Sequence record: MT708547.1
DNA: 64,000 nt
Strand: one strand, 5' to 3'
Below, one piece after another: positions 9,431-19,704 of this stretch. Within the stretch, counting starts at the first letter, position 1; each line of letters starts with the position of its first letter. The position numbers were made by a program, and so were the translations under genes. The notes under the pieces were generated by a model. The model did no database searches. It was not told the DNA's origin and saw only the letters and a list, made by a program, of their open reading frames with translations.

Positions 9431-10448
9431 TAAAGCGATAACATTCACCGATATTCATTTCGGAATGAAGAATAACAGTAAACAACACAATGAAGATTGT
9501 GTTAATTTTGTCAAATTCATGATTGAAGAAGCAAAAAAGAATGAAATAAGAGTTGCTATTTTCATGGGTGACTATTTTCACAACAGAAGTAATATTAATA
9601 TTCAAACACTTAATTACGGTCTTGAAGTTCTTCAGATGCTTAATGATAATTTTGATAAAGTTTACTTTCTTGTTGGCAATCATGATATGTATCACAAAAA
9701 TAAACGAGATATAACCAGCATTAATATGGCTAAAGTATACAATAATATTGTATTCATTAATGAAATTACAACAATTAAAGATTGTACTTTTATCCCGTTT
9801 ATGATTGATGATGAATATAAACAATTACCACATATTAAATCCAAATATGTTTTTGGGCATCTTGAATTGCCTGGATATTTGTTGAATAAAATGGTAGAAA
9901 TGCCTGATTGTGGAAAAGAGAATGAAGATTCTTTTAGTTCATGTGAATATGTTTTTAGTGGACACTTTCATAAACGTCAGGCTAAATTAACCAGACATGG
10001 TACTAAAATTGTATACACTGGAAACTGTTTCCCTCATAACTTTTCTGATACATGGGACGATGCTCGTGGTGTTATGATTCTTGAACACGGAAAAGAACCA
10101 CAATTTAAAGCATGGGAACACGCACCAAAATACAGAACATTCACATTATCTGAATTTTTGTCCAACCCACAATATTATGTCCAAAATGATACCATCAACA
10201 AAGTGTTAATTGATGTTAATATCAGTACTGATGAAATTAGTTTCATTCGTGAAATATTCAGTTCTCAATATAATATCAGAGAATTTAATGCTGTTGCTAA
10301 TAAACAAAATATAAAAGAATTACTTGAATCTGAACAGGAATTTGAAAATACAGAATCAGTCGATGAAATTGTAATTCAACAAATTATGGAACTTGATAGT
10401 ACAATGTTCGATAAATCACTACTTATACAAATATATAATTCTTTATAA
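9408..10448 (+). CDS. gp47: Recombination endonuclease subunit, SbcD/Mre11-like
   Basis: DIHFG, MGDYFH, LVGNHD, FGHLE, SGHFH metallophosphoesterase motifs; probable start ATG at 9408 (ORF track starts at 9357). Confidence 0.92.
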   Translation: MKTDILFDKAITFTDIHFGMKNNSKQHNEDCVNFVKFMIEEAKKNEIRVAIFMGDYFHNRSNINIQTLNYGLEVLQMLNDNFDKVYFLVGNHDMYHKNKRDITSINMAKVYNNIVFINEITTIKDCTFIPFMIDDEYKQLPHIKSKYVFGHLELPGYLLNKMVEMPDCGKENEDSFSSCEYVFSGHFHKRQAKLTRHGTKIVYTGNCFPHNFSDTWDDARGVMILEHGKEPQFKAWEHAPKYRTFTLSEFLSNPQYYVQNDTINKVLIDVNISTDEISFIREIFSSQYNIREFNAVANKQNIKELLESEQEFENTESVDEIVIQQIMELDSTMFDKSLLIQIYNSL

Positions 10449-10457
10449 GGAAATAAA

Positions 10458-12602
10458 GTGTTAACATTTAAACGTATTACTATGCGAAATTTTTTCTCCT
10501 TTGGTAATGCACCACAAACAATTGATCTAGATAGTTCAGATATTACACTTGTTCTTGGTCAAAATAATGATGCAGTTATTGAAGGAAATGATAGTTCAGG
10601 AAGAAGAAATGGTGTTGGTAAATCCGCTATTATTCAGGGAATTGTTTTTGGTTTGTACGGAAAAAGTATTGCAAATGAAATTAAAATTCCCAATTTAGTG
10701 AATAAAATAAACGGAAAGAACTGTGAAGTAAAAATTGAATTTGAAAAAGATGGAATTTCTTATATTGTAGAACGTGGGCGTAATCCTGCGTTTTTTAATT
10801 TCATTAAACTCAGTGATGATCAAATAAATGACGAAAGTCGTGGTGAAAAGAAAGATACACAAGAAGATTTAAATGAAATTTTGGGTATTTCACAATTTCT
10901 GTTTGAACACATTGTAGTGCTGAATGCTAACGTAGAACCTTTTCTTTCCATGTCTGCACAAAAACAACGTGATATGATCGAAGAACTTCTCGGTATTACA
11001 CAATTAACCGAAAAAGCACAGCTTCTTAAAGATATGCAAAAGGAAACTAAGCGTTTAGCAGAGCAAGAACGTTTTAAAAATGAAACGATACAAGCAAGTA
11101 ATGAACGAATTCAAAAAAGTATAGAAACTCTTCAGGAACAAGCAAATAAATTCGAAATTGATAAGTCAAACCGAATCAGTGAACTTGAAAAGCAGATTGA
11201 AACGTATTCTGTTCTAAATTTCGAAGAACTATATGAACAAGCAAATATAAAAGAAGAATCATTAATTCATAATGCAAAGAAATCCAATTTAGAAAATCGC
11301 GTATCTGATTTAGTACTGAAATATGAATCGTATAAACGAGATATTGAACATAATAAAGCAATACTAAAGATTAATATCGAACGCCTTCAACAAGTTGATA
11401 TTGTAAGTGAATTAAAGAATCATGAAGAACTTGAATTGTGGAAACAACTTGAATCTATACTAAAAGAGAACATAACACAAAAGAATTATAAAGAACAAAA
11501 AATAAATTTATTAAAAAGTACGTTACAAAGTTCTAAATCTTCTCTTGAATTGGAAAAAAACAAACTAGATGTGGTACTGAATAGCAAATGCCCACTGTGT
11601 AAATCAAGTCTAGAGCATAATGAGCATAGTTCTGATATTAAATCAAAAATTCTGAAAACGATTACTGATATTGAGAACTCTATATTAAGTACTGAATATG
11701 ATATTAGTATACTTTATGAAGAAGTTGATTCAATTGACGTGTTTGATATGCCCCCTAAGCCTGAAACTGTGTATAATACACTGACTGAAGCACAAATGCA
11801 TGAGCATAAGTTACAGGAGTTAATTAAACAGTACGAAATTGATCAAATCAATATTTTTGAATCAGAATTAATGTCATCATATGAAGAATTAAATTCTTTT
11901 GAACTAAAAGATGTACCAGATGCACTAACCAAGACTGAAGTTCGTGAACTGGAACTTGCTTATGATTCATTAAAACAACAATTACAACGAGAATTTAGTA
12001 CAGTAAACACATATATTAGTCAAATTAACACACTTCAGAATGAATCCATTGTTGTGGTTAATTATGACTCTTATAATGAACTGGATAAGCTACAAAATCA
12101 TCAAGATTTTATGGTTAAACTTCTTCTCAATAAAGATTCATACTTGAGAAAGCGTATCATCGAACAAAATATTTCATTTTTAAACAACAGACTTCAGTAC
12201 TATATTGATATGTGTGGTTCAGAGCACAATGTTAAGTTCTTGACTGATTTGAGTGTTGAAATTGAAAAGAATGACCAGTACTTTGACTATAAACAGCTTA
12301 GTCGCGGTGAACGTACTCGTGTTAATATCGCACTGTCTTGTGCCTTCAGGGATACATATGAATCATTATATCAAAATATCAATTTAATTTGTTGTGATGA
12401 GGCATTAGAAACTGGCTTGGATGCTAGTGGTGTATTGAGAGCATGGATGATATTTCAGGACATGGCATCAATCAGAAATAAAAATGTCTTTGTTATTTCA
12501 CACAGAGATGAACTTATTTCAAAAACCGAAAATATCATGAAAGTTACTAAAGAGGATGGATTCAGTACTGTTCAGTACTGTACATTAGACGATATATATT
12601 AA
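10458..12602 (+). CDS. gp46: Recombination ATPase, SbcC/Rad50-like
   Basis: NFFSFGN, NGVGKS Walker A, coiled coil with CPLC zinc hook, LSRGE signature, CDE Walker B. Confidence 0.93.
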   Translation: MLTFKRITMRNFFSFGNAPQTIDLDSSDITLVLGQNNDAVIEGNDSSGRRNGVGKSAIIQGIVFGLYGKSIANEIKIPNLVNKINGKNCEVKIEFEKDGISYIVERGRNPAFFNFIKLSDDQINDESRGEKKDTQEDLNEILGISQFLFEHIVVLNANVEPFLSMSAQKQRDMIEELLGITQLTEKAQLLKDMQKETKRLAEQERFKNETIQASNERIQKSIETLQEQANKFEIDKSNRISELEKQIETYSVLNFEELYEQANIKEESLIHNAKKSNLENRVSDLVLKYESYKRDIEHNKAILKINIERLQQVDIVSELKNHEELELWKQLESILKENITQKNYKEQKINLLKSTLQSSKSSLELEKNKLDVVLNSKCPLCKSSLEHNEHSSDIKSKILKTITDIENSILSTEYDISILYEEVDSIDVFDMPPKPETVYNTLTEAQMHEHKLQELIKQYEIDQINIFESELMSSYEELNSFELKDVPDALTKTEVRELELAYDSLKQQLQREFSTVNTYISQINTLQNESIVVVNYDSYNELDKLQNHQDFMVKLLLNKDSYLRKRIIEQNISFLNNRLQYYIDMCGSEHNVKFLTDLSVEIEKNDQYFDYKQLSRGERTRVNIALSCAFRDTYESLYQNINLICCDEALETGLDASGVLRAWMIFQDMASIRNKNVFVISHRDELISKTENIMKVTKEDGFSTVQYCTLDDIY

Positions 12603-12633
12603 AAAAAGGGGAGCATATTAGCTCCCCTTTTTT
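12601..12633. terminator. Bidirectional rho-independent terminator
   Basis: AAAGGGGAGC-ATATTA-GCTCCCCTTT between convergent genes. Confidence 0.8.
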
Positions 12634-13649
12634 ATTATTGTCATAATTTCATTCAAAGATGTAGGTGATACGGTTTCGGTCCACCCATCACCGAATAATT
12701 CTTTTGTTAAGTGTCTTGCTTTTATGGTTCTTTTTATTTCTTTTTCTATGTTAAATGCATCATTACAATTTTCATATACTTTGTGGTATACAACATTCAA
12801 TTTGTACTTACATTTATTTTTATATGAACCCATTCTGTGTTTGATATTCTTTGTTATACCGAATTTATAACCAACTATATTATTATAATCATCAGATACT
12901 TCTAAAATGTATATACCTGAACTAAAATCAGAAGATTTATAACCATTTTTGTAACTAACAGAATTACACAAAGGACACCCTTTATCTCGCATAAAATTGT
13001 CATATGTCATAGACCATGTATAATTGCATTTACAAGTTAAAATGACTTTACTAAAAACACCATTAAAGTTCTTTTCATCTATTAATTCAAATTTAATGCC
13101 AGTTTCTTTGCTTTTAATTTTTAAATTCTCATTTAATTCATTTATACTGTATTTGTGAGTACCTGAACATTTCAAACAACCAATATTATTACTGAAAAAT
13201 GAATCATAAGTGGTAGTATTCCATTCATATGCTTCAGAATGTTTAGTATTGTCATTGCATTTTAGTTTTAAATATGTTTTTGTTTTATTATATTCATCAA
13301 AACCGAGGAATTCCAGTGTCCCACCTCGTTTAATGCATTCATTTTCCACATTTTGAATTAAAATTTCAGGTGTTAACTTATTCAATGAAGGCTTTCTGAA
13401 CTTTTTTGATTCTATATTTCTCAGATATCTATATAATTTGTTAATTCTGTAATTATTATAAGTTATATTATCATGTGTTATTGAAGTAAGTGTATTATTA
13501 CCTAACCATTTTTCTTCAATAATAAATCCATTGAATTTTATATTAAATTTGGATAACCTTTTCGATAAATCGTTGAAATATTCCCATGGAGTTCTGGAAT
13601 TATAGTTAACGTGAACTAAAATAATATCATCTGGTAAAGATATTATCAT
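12618..13649 (-). CDS. Free-standing homing endonuclease-like protein (Zn-ribbon repeats + T5orf172/GIY-YIG-like C-terminus)
   Basis: CLKC and CPLC repeats; C-terminal IYILEV...YKFGIT...R...IEKEIK...FGDGWTET. Confidence 0.7.
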   Translation of the reverse strand: MIISLPDDIILVHVNYNSRTPWEYFNDLSKRLSKFNIKFNGFIIEEKWLGNNTLTSITHDNITYNNYRINKLYRYLRNIESKKFRKPSLNKLTPEILIQNVENECIKRGGTLEFLGFDEYNKTKTYLKLKCNDNTKHSEAYEWNTTTYDSFFSNNIGCLKCSGTHKYSINELNENLKIKSKETGIKFELIDEKNFNGVFSKVILTCKCNYTWSMTYDNFMRDKGCPLCNSVSYKNGYKSSDFSSGIYILEVSDDYNNIVGYKFGITKNIKHRMGSYKNKCKYKLNVVYHKVYENCNDAFNIEKEIKRTIKARHLTKELFGDGWTETVSPTSLNEIMTIIKKGS

Positions 13650-14140
13650 TTTTGATCTCTTTTTATATCATTCATATTCAATTTACCACTTTGTATTAGC
13701 TTTCTGGCTTGTTTAGAACGTTCTTTGATGTTACTACCTGGTACTAACCCAAAATCACTAAGAATTTCGCTCTGTTGGTTTGCTGGAAGTCGTTTGAAGC
13801 GATTTACATCAACGGTAAGTGCCGTGTGATGAATAACTTGTTCATCTGGTGAAACAGAATCGTGGTATTCCAGATAATCTGCTAAATTTCTCAATACTTC
13901 GTATAACGGTTTATCTGTTAAATGTTTACAATATCGGTGGAAGCTATTATAAACTTTACCTTCGAACGCATTCACCTCATTTTGTAATACTCCCCTACAA
14001 CTCTGTGTATCATAATGTCTGTGATCAAGAACGGGTCTTATTATTTTAATTCCAATAATTGGATCAATGCCATTTTGTTCCTTCAGTTTTCCATTTCTAT
14101 ATTTGGCAGCTTCATTGCTATTTTTTAATCTACGTTTCAT
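13646..14140 (-). CDS. gp49: Recombination/packaging endonuclease VII (Holliday junction resolvase)
   Basis: VLDHRH...CRGVLQNEVNAFEG His-Me finger core plus LRNLADYLE. Confidence 0.75.
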   Translation of the reverse strand: MKRRLKNSNEAAKYRNGKLKEQNGIDPIIGIKIIRPVLDHRHYDTQSCRGVLQNEVNAFEGKVYNSFHRYCKHLTDKPLYEVLRNLADYLEYHDSVSPDEQVIHHTALTVDVNRFKRLPANQQSEILSDFGLVPGSNIKERSKQARKLIQSGKLNMNDIKRDQK

Positions 14141-14265
14141 GATATAATCTCTAATATTATATATCTAATAAATTTATTTACTTCAATAAATACCTATGTA
14201 AATAATCTTTCTGTATAATGCATAATTCAATACATAATTTCTTGATACGTTGGGTACAGAATAAC

Positions 14266-14303
14266 AAAATAGGTCAGTACTGAAAAGTACTGACCTATTT
14301 TTT
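14266..14303 (-). terminator. Terminator hairpin after the frameshift-extended gp26/gp51 ORF
   Basis: AAAATAGGTCAGTACT-GAAA-AGTACTGACCTATTTT perfect stem with two AGTACT sites, ending 8 nt before the TAA at 14311. Confidence 0.75.
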
Positions 14304-14310
14304 TCTGATT

Positions 14311-14532
14311 TTATCGCCCCTCATTTTGTTTACGGACTTTCTTGTTGTATGCTTTAACCATCAAGTCTCGTTCAGTTACTGGCATATTAAGTAACATTTC
14401 ATACGAGGTATTATCAATATATACAGCAGCTTCCATTAATGCTTGTTTAATTTCTTGCTGATTAAACTCTATGTCTCGTATGTATTTTTCTATTTCAGTT
14501 GCCTCTAACTGGAGAAGCTGAGATCGAAAAAA
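14311..14532 (-). CDS. Start-less -1-frame ORF (gp51-like), probable frameshift extension of the gp26-like gene; not in ORF track
   Basis: 71 codons RSQLLQLEATEIEKYIRDIEFNQQEIKQALMEAAVYIDNTSYEMLLNMPVTERDLMVKAYNKKVRKQNEGR*; begins at slippery T TTT TTC (14526..14532). Confidence 0.75.
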   Translation of the reverse strand, partial: FFRSQLLQLEATEIEKYIRDIEFNQQEIKQALMEAAVYIDNTSYEMLLNMPVTERDLMVKAYNKKVRKQNEGR

Positions 14533-15380
14533 CGGGTAATATCATACACCAAATCTTCAATAACCCATTCATGATTACATTCACTACATTCAACCTGCAT
14601 CGTGTGTTCAACACCAGTATTTTGCATTGTGTTGATTTCATCCTGAATAGTTTTAAGAACGTCTTTTGACTGATCTCCTACCCATTCTGAAATAAATTCT
14701 CGTTCAGTCACTTCATCCCCGTCTGGAGTGATAATTTTAGAGATACTATAAACGATACCGTCGAAGTTAATTTTAGTGATAGGTTCAAAAATATCAGAAA
14801 TGAATAGTTTTGCTCGGTCTTCATCACTTAACGACTCATCTAAATCGAGATATTTGGATTTGGACTGAATATTGAACATTCGCTCATTTATATCACATTG
14901 TTCTTTCCATGTAAGTGGTTTAAGTTCAATACTTAATCCATTATTTAAAACTACAGTAGGGATTTCTTTAATATATTTTACTGTATTCAATAGCACATTC
15001 AAATCACGTTCGATACGACCTTCATGGTCACATTCGGGACATTTTACATTAATATCATAAGTATATTCTTTGGTTGCAACTTTAATTGCAATAAGCAGTT
15101 GTTCGATATCATTGATGTATAATTCATCTGCATTAAGGACGTTCGGGCAGCAATTTTCAATAACTCGTGATACCGCATCCCCGGACATAAGCATATCAGG
15201 AGTATTCAGTACTATTTCATCACGAGCACTGCGAGCACATACCCCAACTTTAATACCTTTATTTCCTAATACACCATCGGGATATTTAATTACATCATTT
15301 GAAATAAGTTTAGCACTAAGTACTTCAATTTTTGTGTACTTGGCTAGTGGGTTCATCTTACTCATAAAGACTCCAATCAA
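14505..15380 (-). CDS. gp26: Baseplate hub assembly protein, gp26-like (tail assembly chaperone-like)
   Basis: DIEQLLIAIKVAT, CPECDH and CSECNHE zinc pairs, NGLSIELKP; probable start MSKMN at 15365; late promoter at 15408..15415 (-). Confidence 0.7.
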   Translation of the reverse strand: MIGVFMSKMNPLAKYTKIEVLSAKLISNDVIKYPDGVLGNKGIKVGVCARSARDEIVLNTPDMLMSGDAVSRVIENCCPNVLNADELYINDIEQLLIAIKVATKEYTYDINVKCPECDHEGRIERDLNVLLNTVKYIKEIPTVVLNNGLSIELKPLTWKEQCDINERMFNIQSKSKYLDLDESLSDEDRAKLFISDIFEPITKINFDGIVYSISKIITPDGDEVTEREFISEWVGDQSKDVLKTIQDEINTMQNTGVEHTMQVECSECNHEWVIEDLVYDITRFFDLSFSS

Positions 15381-15407
15381 TGAACAAAATAAATAATCTA
15401 TATGACA

Positions 15408-15415
15408 TATTTATA
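15408..15415 (-). promoter_or_regulatory. T4-type late promoter TATAAATA, overlapping a divergent TATAAAT
   Basis: TATTTATAAAT between divergent gp26-like and tape-measure-like genes. Confidence 0.6.
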
Positions 15416-15435
15416 AATGTTTAAAAGGATAAAAA

Positions 15436-17598
15436 ATGGCTGGTACAAGTACGGATTATCTATTACAACAATTGTTAACCAGTAATGAAAAAGCTAATGA
15501 TAATTTATCTGCGATGAGAGATTTATTATCAGAAAATTTGAAAAAAAACGGTTCAAATAATAACAATAATAATAATCCAGGAAACGGAAATAATAGAAGA
15601 AAGAAAGAAAAGATATCATTAAATGATGCTTTAAAAAATATATCCAGAGATGTTAGTGGATTTAGTAGAACTCTCATTAACGGTAGTGCGGATGTTGGAA
15701 CTGTTACGAATTCGCTTGGTACCGGAATGAGTAGTGTAATCGGTACATTAGGAAAGGCTGTTCCAGCTATTAGTGGTGTAACTACTGCATTCCAGTTACT
15801 AATTGAAGCAGGACTATCTGTTTATAATTATCTAAATCAACAATTGGAAATGTATAATAAAATTAATTCCAGTGGTGTTAGTTTATCAAATGGTATGAAC
15901 TCTATTCGTACTGGTAGTGCTAATGCGTTAATGAGTATGGACAAATTCGGTAATTCCGTAGTAAAACATGCTGGTGTTATTGCACAATTAAATGGTATAT
16001 ACGGTGATGGTGTTAAGGAATATGGTGATTTGCTTGGAACATTACAATTAGCACAGGATAAAATAGGTATATATGGTGTATCACAGGAACAAATGGCAGA
16101 CTTAACCGCGAGGAACATTAAATTCCAGAAACAATTTGGTGGTGCAGAATTAATTAGACAAACTAACCAGGAAAAAAGCACACAAGAATTTATTAAAAAT
16201 ATGACATCTTTTAGTAAATCAATGGGTGAATCAGTTGATGCAATTTTAAAGAAAACTCAGGATTTTGATAATTCACTTGATGCTCGTGGTTTAGAAGCTG
16301 CATTGGAAAACTGGGCTGGATTAAGTAATAAAGCTGCTACATTAACTACTGATGCATTTATTCAAGCCGCTGCTGGTATGGGCGATGCAGGAAAATCTTT
16401 TTTTAAAATAATTTCATCACAAGCTGTCACTGGTGCATTACCCACTGAATATATGACTGGTGTTATTGCAGAATTTGCCGAAGAAAACAAAAAAATGTTT
16501 ATGGGTGGTATTACTGATGCAAAGGAAATACGCTCAGCTAACATCAAATGGGTTAGAATGCATAAAGATCAGATTAAGCGTGACATGATGAACCAGATAC
16601 AACTTGGAAACATCGAAGCTGCTAACTTCAACCGAAATCTTCTTGATCTGGAAGCGTCTGCAAATGATCCAAAAAATGGACCAAAACAACGTTTAGAGGA
16701 ATTAACTAATAGATTTAATAATTGGATTAGTAATACATTTATAAAGCCATTTAATCTTTTAATGGATGCTGGGGTTACATGGTTATTAGATATTTCAGAT
16801 CAAACAACATCATTTAACCAATTTATATCTACTGTATTCAGTCAGGGAATCGACAAAATAATGAGTATGGTAACTAACTTTTTTAAGAACTTTCCAGTAC
16901 TTAGTGATATAGGAAAAACTTTATTCGGTGATTCTTATAATACATTGGTTGATAATGTTGGTGGTTTTATTGGTAATTTAGTAAAAATACCTATACAACT
17001 GATATCAGTTGTAACCGATATATGGAATGGTAATTTAGCTGGTGCAAGGGAAACTGTACAAAATGCAATTGCTTCATTTAAACAGAATTTCTTGGGTATG
17101 TGGGAAGGTATAAAAGATATCAAATTCAGTTTCAGTGACGTTAAAGACCGCTTGGTTAATATTGTAGAAACACTAAAAAATAAATTAATTAATGCATTTG
17201 ACATTCTTAAATATGTTTTCGGTGTCAGTGATGAAATGCCAAAAACTGAAAATACAAAAACACCAAGTGCTGAAAAACCAAAAAATGAAAACATAAATAC
17301 ACCCAGTAACAGTAAACCGACTGTTAATGATAATAACAGAAAACAACCACAAGTTGATCAAAATGCTTCTAATTATACCCCACCAACTCGTGTGGATGAA
17401 GCTCAAGATAATTACAAAAAATCTCCTGATGATGAAAAAGTTGATAATAATTTACAACCAGTAAATTACGATGAATCAATGGTTGAATTATTAGGACGTG
17501 TAACATCTGCGTTAGAAAAAGCTAACGAATACAATGTACAGAATTCAAATTATCTTAGAACTATATCTGATAATACTCAAATACAACGTAATAGTTAA
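15436..17598 (+). CDS. Tape-measure-like tail protein (gp29-like)
   Basis: 720 aa, Ala/Gly-rich helical composition, hydrophobic segments, low-complexity C-terminus; located before the portal gene. Confidence 0.55.
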   Translation: MAGTSTDYLLQQLLTSNEKANDNLSAMRDLLSENLKKNGSNNNNNNNPGNGNNRRKKEKISLNDALKNISRDVSGFSRTLINGSADVGTVTNSLGTGMSSVIGTLGKAVPAISGVTTAFQLLIEAGLSVYNYLNQQLEMYNKINSSGVSLSNGMNSIRTGSANALMSMDKFGNSVVKHAGVIAQLNGIYGDGVKEYGDLLGTLQLAQDKIGIYGVSQEQMADLTARNIKFQKQFGGAELIRQTNQEKSTQEFIKNMTSFSKSMGESVDAILKKTQDFDNSLDARGLEAALENWAGLSNKAATLTTDAFIQAAAGMGDAGKSFFKIISSQAVTGALPTEYMTGVIAEFAEENKKMFMGGITDAKEIRSANIKWVRMHKDQIKRDMMNQIQLGNIEAANFNRNLLDLEASANDPKNGPKQRLEELTNRFNNWISNTFIKPFNLLMDAGVTWLLDISDQTTSFNQFISTVFSQGIDKIMSMVTNFFKNFPVLSDIGKTLFGDSYNTLVDNVGGFIGNLVKIPIQLISVVTDIWNGNLAGARETVQNAIASFKQNFLGMWEGIKDIKFSFSDVKDRLVNIVETLKNKLINAFDILKYVFGVSDEMPKTENTKTPSAEKPKNENINTPSNSKPTVNDNNRKQPQVDQNASNYTPPTRVDEAQDNYKKSPDDEKVDNNLQPVNYDESMVELLGRVTSALEKANEYNVQNSNYLRTISDNTQIQRNS

Positions 17599-17610
17599 GG
17601 AAGTTAATAA

Positions 17611-19344
17611 ATGTCATGGAAACGTCACATGAGTACTGCTCGACCACGAGTATCAGTACAAAAAAATACAAGTTCAGATAAAGCGGCAGGAAGCAAGTCA
17701 AATTTTGCTTCTTATCTTCCACAAGTATATCAAGGATTACCAAATCGAACTGATCGATATCGACAATATGAAGAAATGGATCAAGATCCTGAAATCAGAA
17801 CTGCATTGAATATCATTGCTGATTTCTGTACTCAGAGTGATGTTGATTTTGGATTACCTTACAAAATTAAGTACAAAGATAATATCGGTGATACTGAAGT
17901 TACTACAATCGAAGACCGCCTGGATGCATGGACTGACCAGAATGATTTTAAAATCAGAATGTATGAAATTGTACGCGGTTTGTTGAAATATGGTGATCAA
18001 TTTTTTATTCGTGATCCAGAAACTTATGATTGGTACTGGGTTGATCCTAGTAATGTTGAACAGGTATTTGTAAACCAAGCAACAGGTAAAAACCCTGTAG
18101 TTTATTATATCAGGGATGTATCTTTGAATCTAAAAGATAAAGTACTTAGTAATGTACATATTGGATTTAACCAAAGTGCTTATACTGGTGCTGCACCTAA
18201 TTTACTTGGTTCTAATTCATCCGCTGCATCAGTTGGTGGATTGGCTGGTATTACAAGTTCTGGCTCTTCTGGTTCATCAGATCCATTTAATACAAGTGGT
18301 AGAATGGATGTATTACCAGTTGCTGCTGAACACGTCATTCATTTTAGTCTAAACACAGGACAAGATGGTGTGTGGCCATTTGGTACCAGTATTCTGGAAA
18401 ATGTTTTTAAAACATATAAGCAAAAATCACTTCTTGAAGACAGTATTATTATATATCGAGTACAACGTGCACCCGAACGCAGGGTATTTCGTATTGATGT
18501 AGGTGATATGCAAACTCATCAGGCAATGGCTTATGTTGAACGTTTTAAAAATGAAATTCATCAACGAAGAATCCCTTCAAATAAAGGAGGAAGTACTTCA
18601 ATGATGGATGCAGCATATAACCCATTAAGTATTTTAGAAGATTACTACTTCCCACAAACTGCTGATGGTCGTGGTTCATCCGTTGATACATTACCAGGTG
18701 GCGACAATCTTGGGCAGATTGATGATTTGAGATACTTTAATAATAAACTTATTAGGGGATTACAAATTCCTTCATCATATCTACCACAAGGTCCAGATGA
18801 TGGAGGTGTTTCATTATTTGGTGATGGTGCAACTCAGGCAATGGCAAGTGAAATTCGTTTTAATAATGAATGTATGCGTTATCAACGTCTGGTAGCAAAA
18901 GTATTCGATGCTGAATTTAAACGATTTATGCTACATAACGGTTATAACATAAGTACTGCATCATTTGAGGTAGTATTGAATGCTCCAATTAACCTTGCAA
19001 CTTATCGTAGAGCGGAATTGGATGCTAAATTGATTACTACTTACTTACCTCTTAATGATTTACCATATATGGCAAAACAAACCATTCTACAAAAAATGGG
19101 CTTTGAACAGAAAGATATTGTACAGAATGAAGAATTACTTCGTCAGGAACTTGGTATGGATATTAACACCGCTAATAGTACTGAACAAGCATCACTTCAA
19201 TCAGTCGGTATTGAAGCACCAAATAATTCTGAACAAGATCTCGGTGTAGATGAAAATGGTGAGCTAGAAAGTGCAGATAAAGAATATCAGGATTCACAAG
19301 AAACATCAAATTTTAACCCAAATGGTTTAGGTGATTCTTTTTAA
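17611..19344 (+). CDS. gp20: Portal protein
   Basis: IYRVQRAPERRVFRIDVG, LSILEDYYFP, GRGSSVDTLPGGDNLGQIDDLRYF are T4 gp20 motifs. Confidence 0.95.
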   Translation: MSWKRHMSTARPRVSVQKNTSSDKAAGSKSNFASYLPQVYQGLPNRTDRYRQYEEMDQDPEIRTALNIIADFCTQSDVDFGLPYKIKYKDNIGDTEVTTIEDRLDAWTDQNDFKIRMYEIVRGLLKYGDQFFIRDPETYDWYWVDPSNVEQVFVNQATGKNPVVYYIRDVSLNLKDKVLSNVHIGFNQSAYTGAAPNLLGSNSSAASVGGLAGITSSGSSGSSDPFNTSGRMDVLPVAAEHVIHFSLNTGQDGVWPFGTSILENVFKTYKQKSLLEDSIIIYRVQRAPERRVFRIDVGDMQTHQAMAYVERFKNEIHQRRIPSNKGGSTSMMDAAYNPLSILEDYYFPQTADGRGSSVDTLPGGDNLGQIDDLRYFNNKLIRGLQIPSSYLPQGPDDGGVSLFGDGATQAMASEIRFNNECMRYQRLVAKVFDAEFKRFMLHNGYNISTASFEVVLNAPINLATYRRAELDAKLITTYLPLNDLPYMAKQTILQKMGFEQKDIVQNEELLRQELGMDINTANSTEQASLQSVGIEAPNNSEQDLGVDENGELESADKEYQDSQETSNFNPNGLGDSF

Positions 19345-19377
19345 AAATAAATAAAAGAGTACAAAAGGAATACTATC

Positions 19378-19608
19378 ATGCTTTTTAAAGATATTTTTGA
19401 GAGTACCAATGATTCAATGTACGATCCAGAAGACGATAAAAGTGTATATAAAATTACAGATACTCGCAAACCAAAATTAACTTTGCAGGCTCTGAATAAT
19501 CTACGCAAGTACAGAGAATTTAAAGCTAAAGAAGACCAAAACCGAGATGCAAATGTAGCTGCTCTGTATAAATCTTCTCATGCTGCACCGAATAACGGTG
19601 AAATGTAA
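19378..19608 (+). CDS. Small head-morphogenesis protein (hypothetical)
   Basis: 76 aa between portal and core genes; AATAAATA upstream; N-terminal IFE motif. Confidence 0.6.
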   Translation: MLFKDIFESTNDSMYDPEDDKSVYKITDTRKPKLTLQALNNLRKYREFKAKEDQNRDANVAALYKSSHAAPNNGEM

Positions 19609-19704
19609 TATATAAAAATGGCATTTTTTAAGCTCTTTTAATAATGCCATTTTTCATTAAACTAAATACTACATATTAATGATTAAAATCATTAGGAGAA
19701 TATA

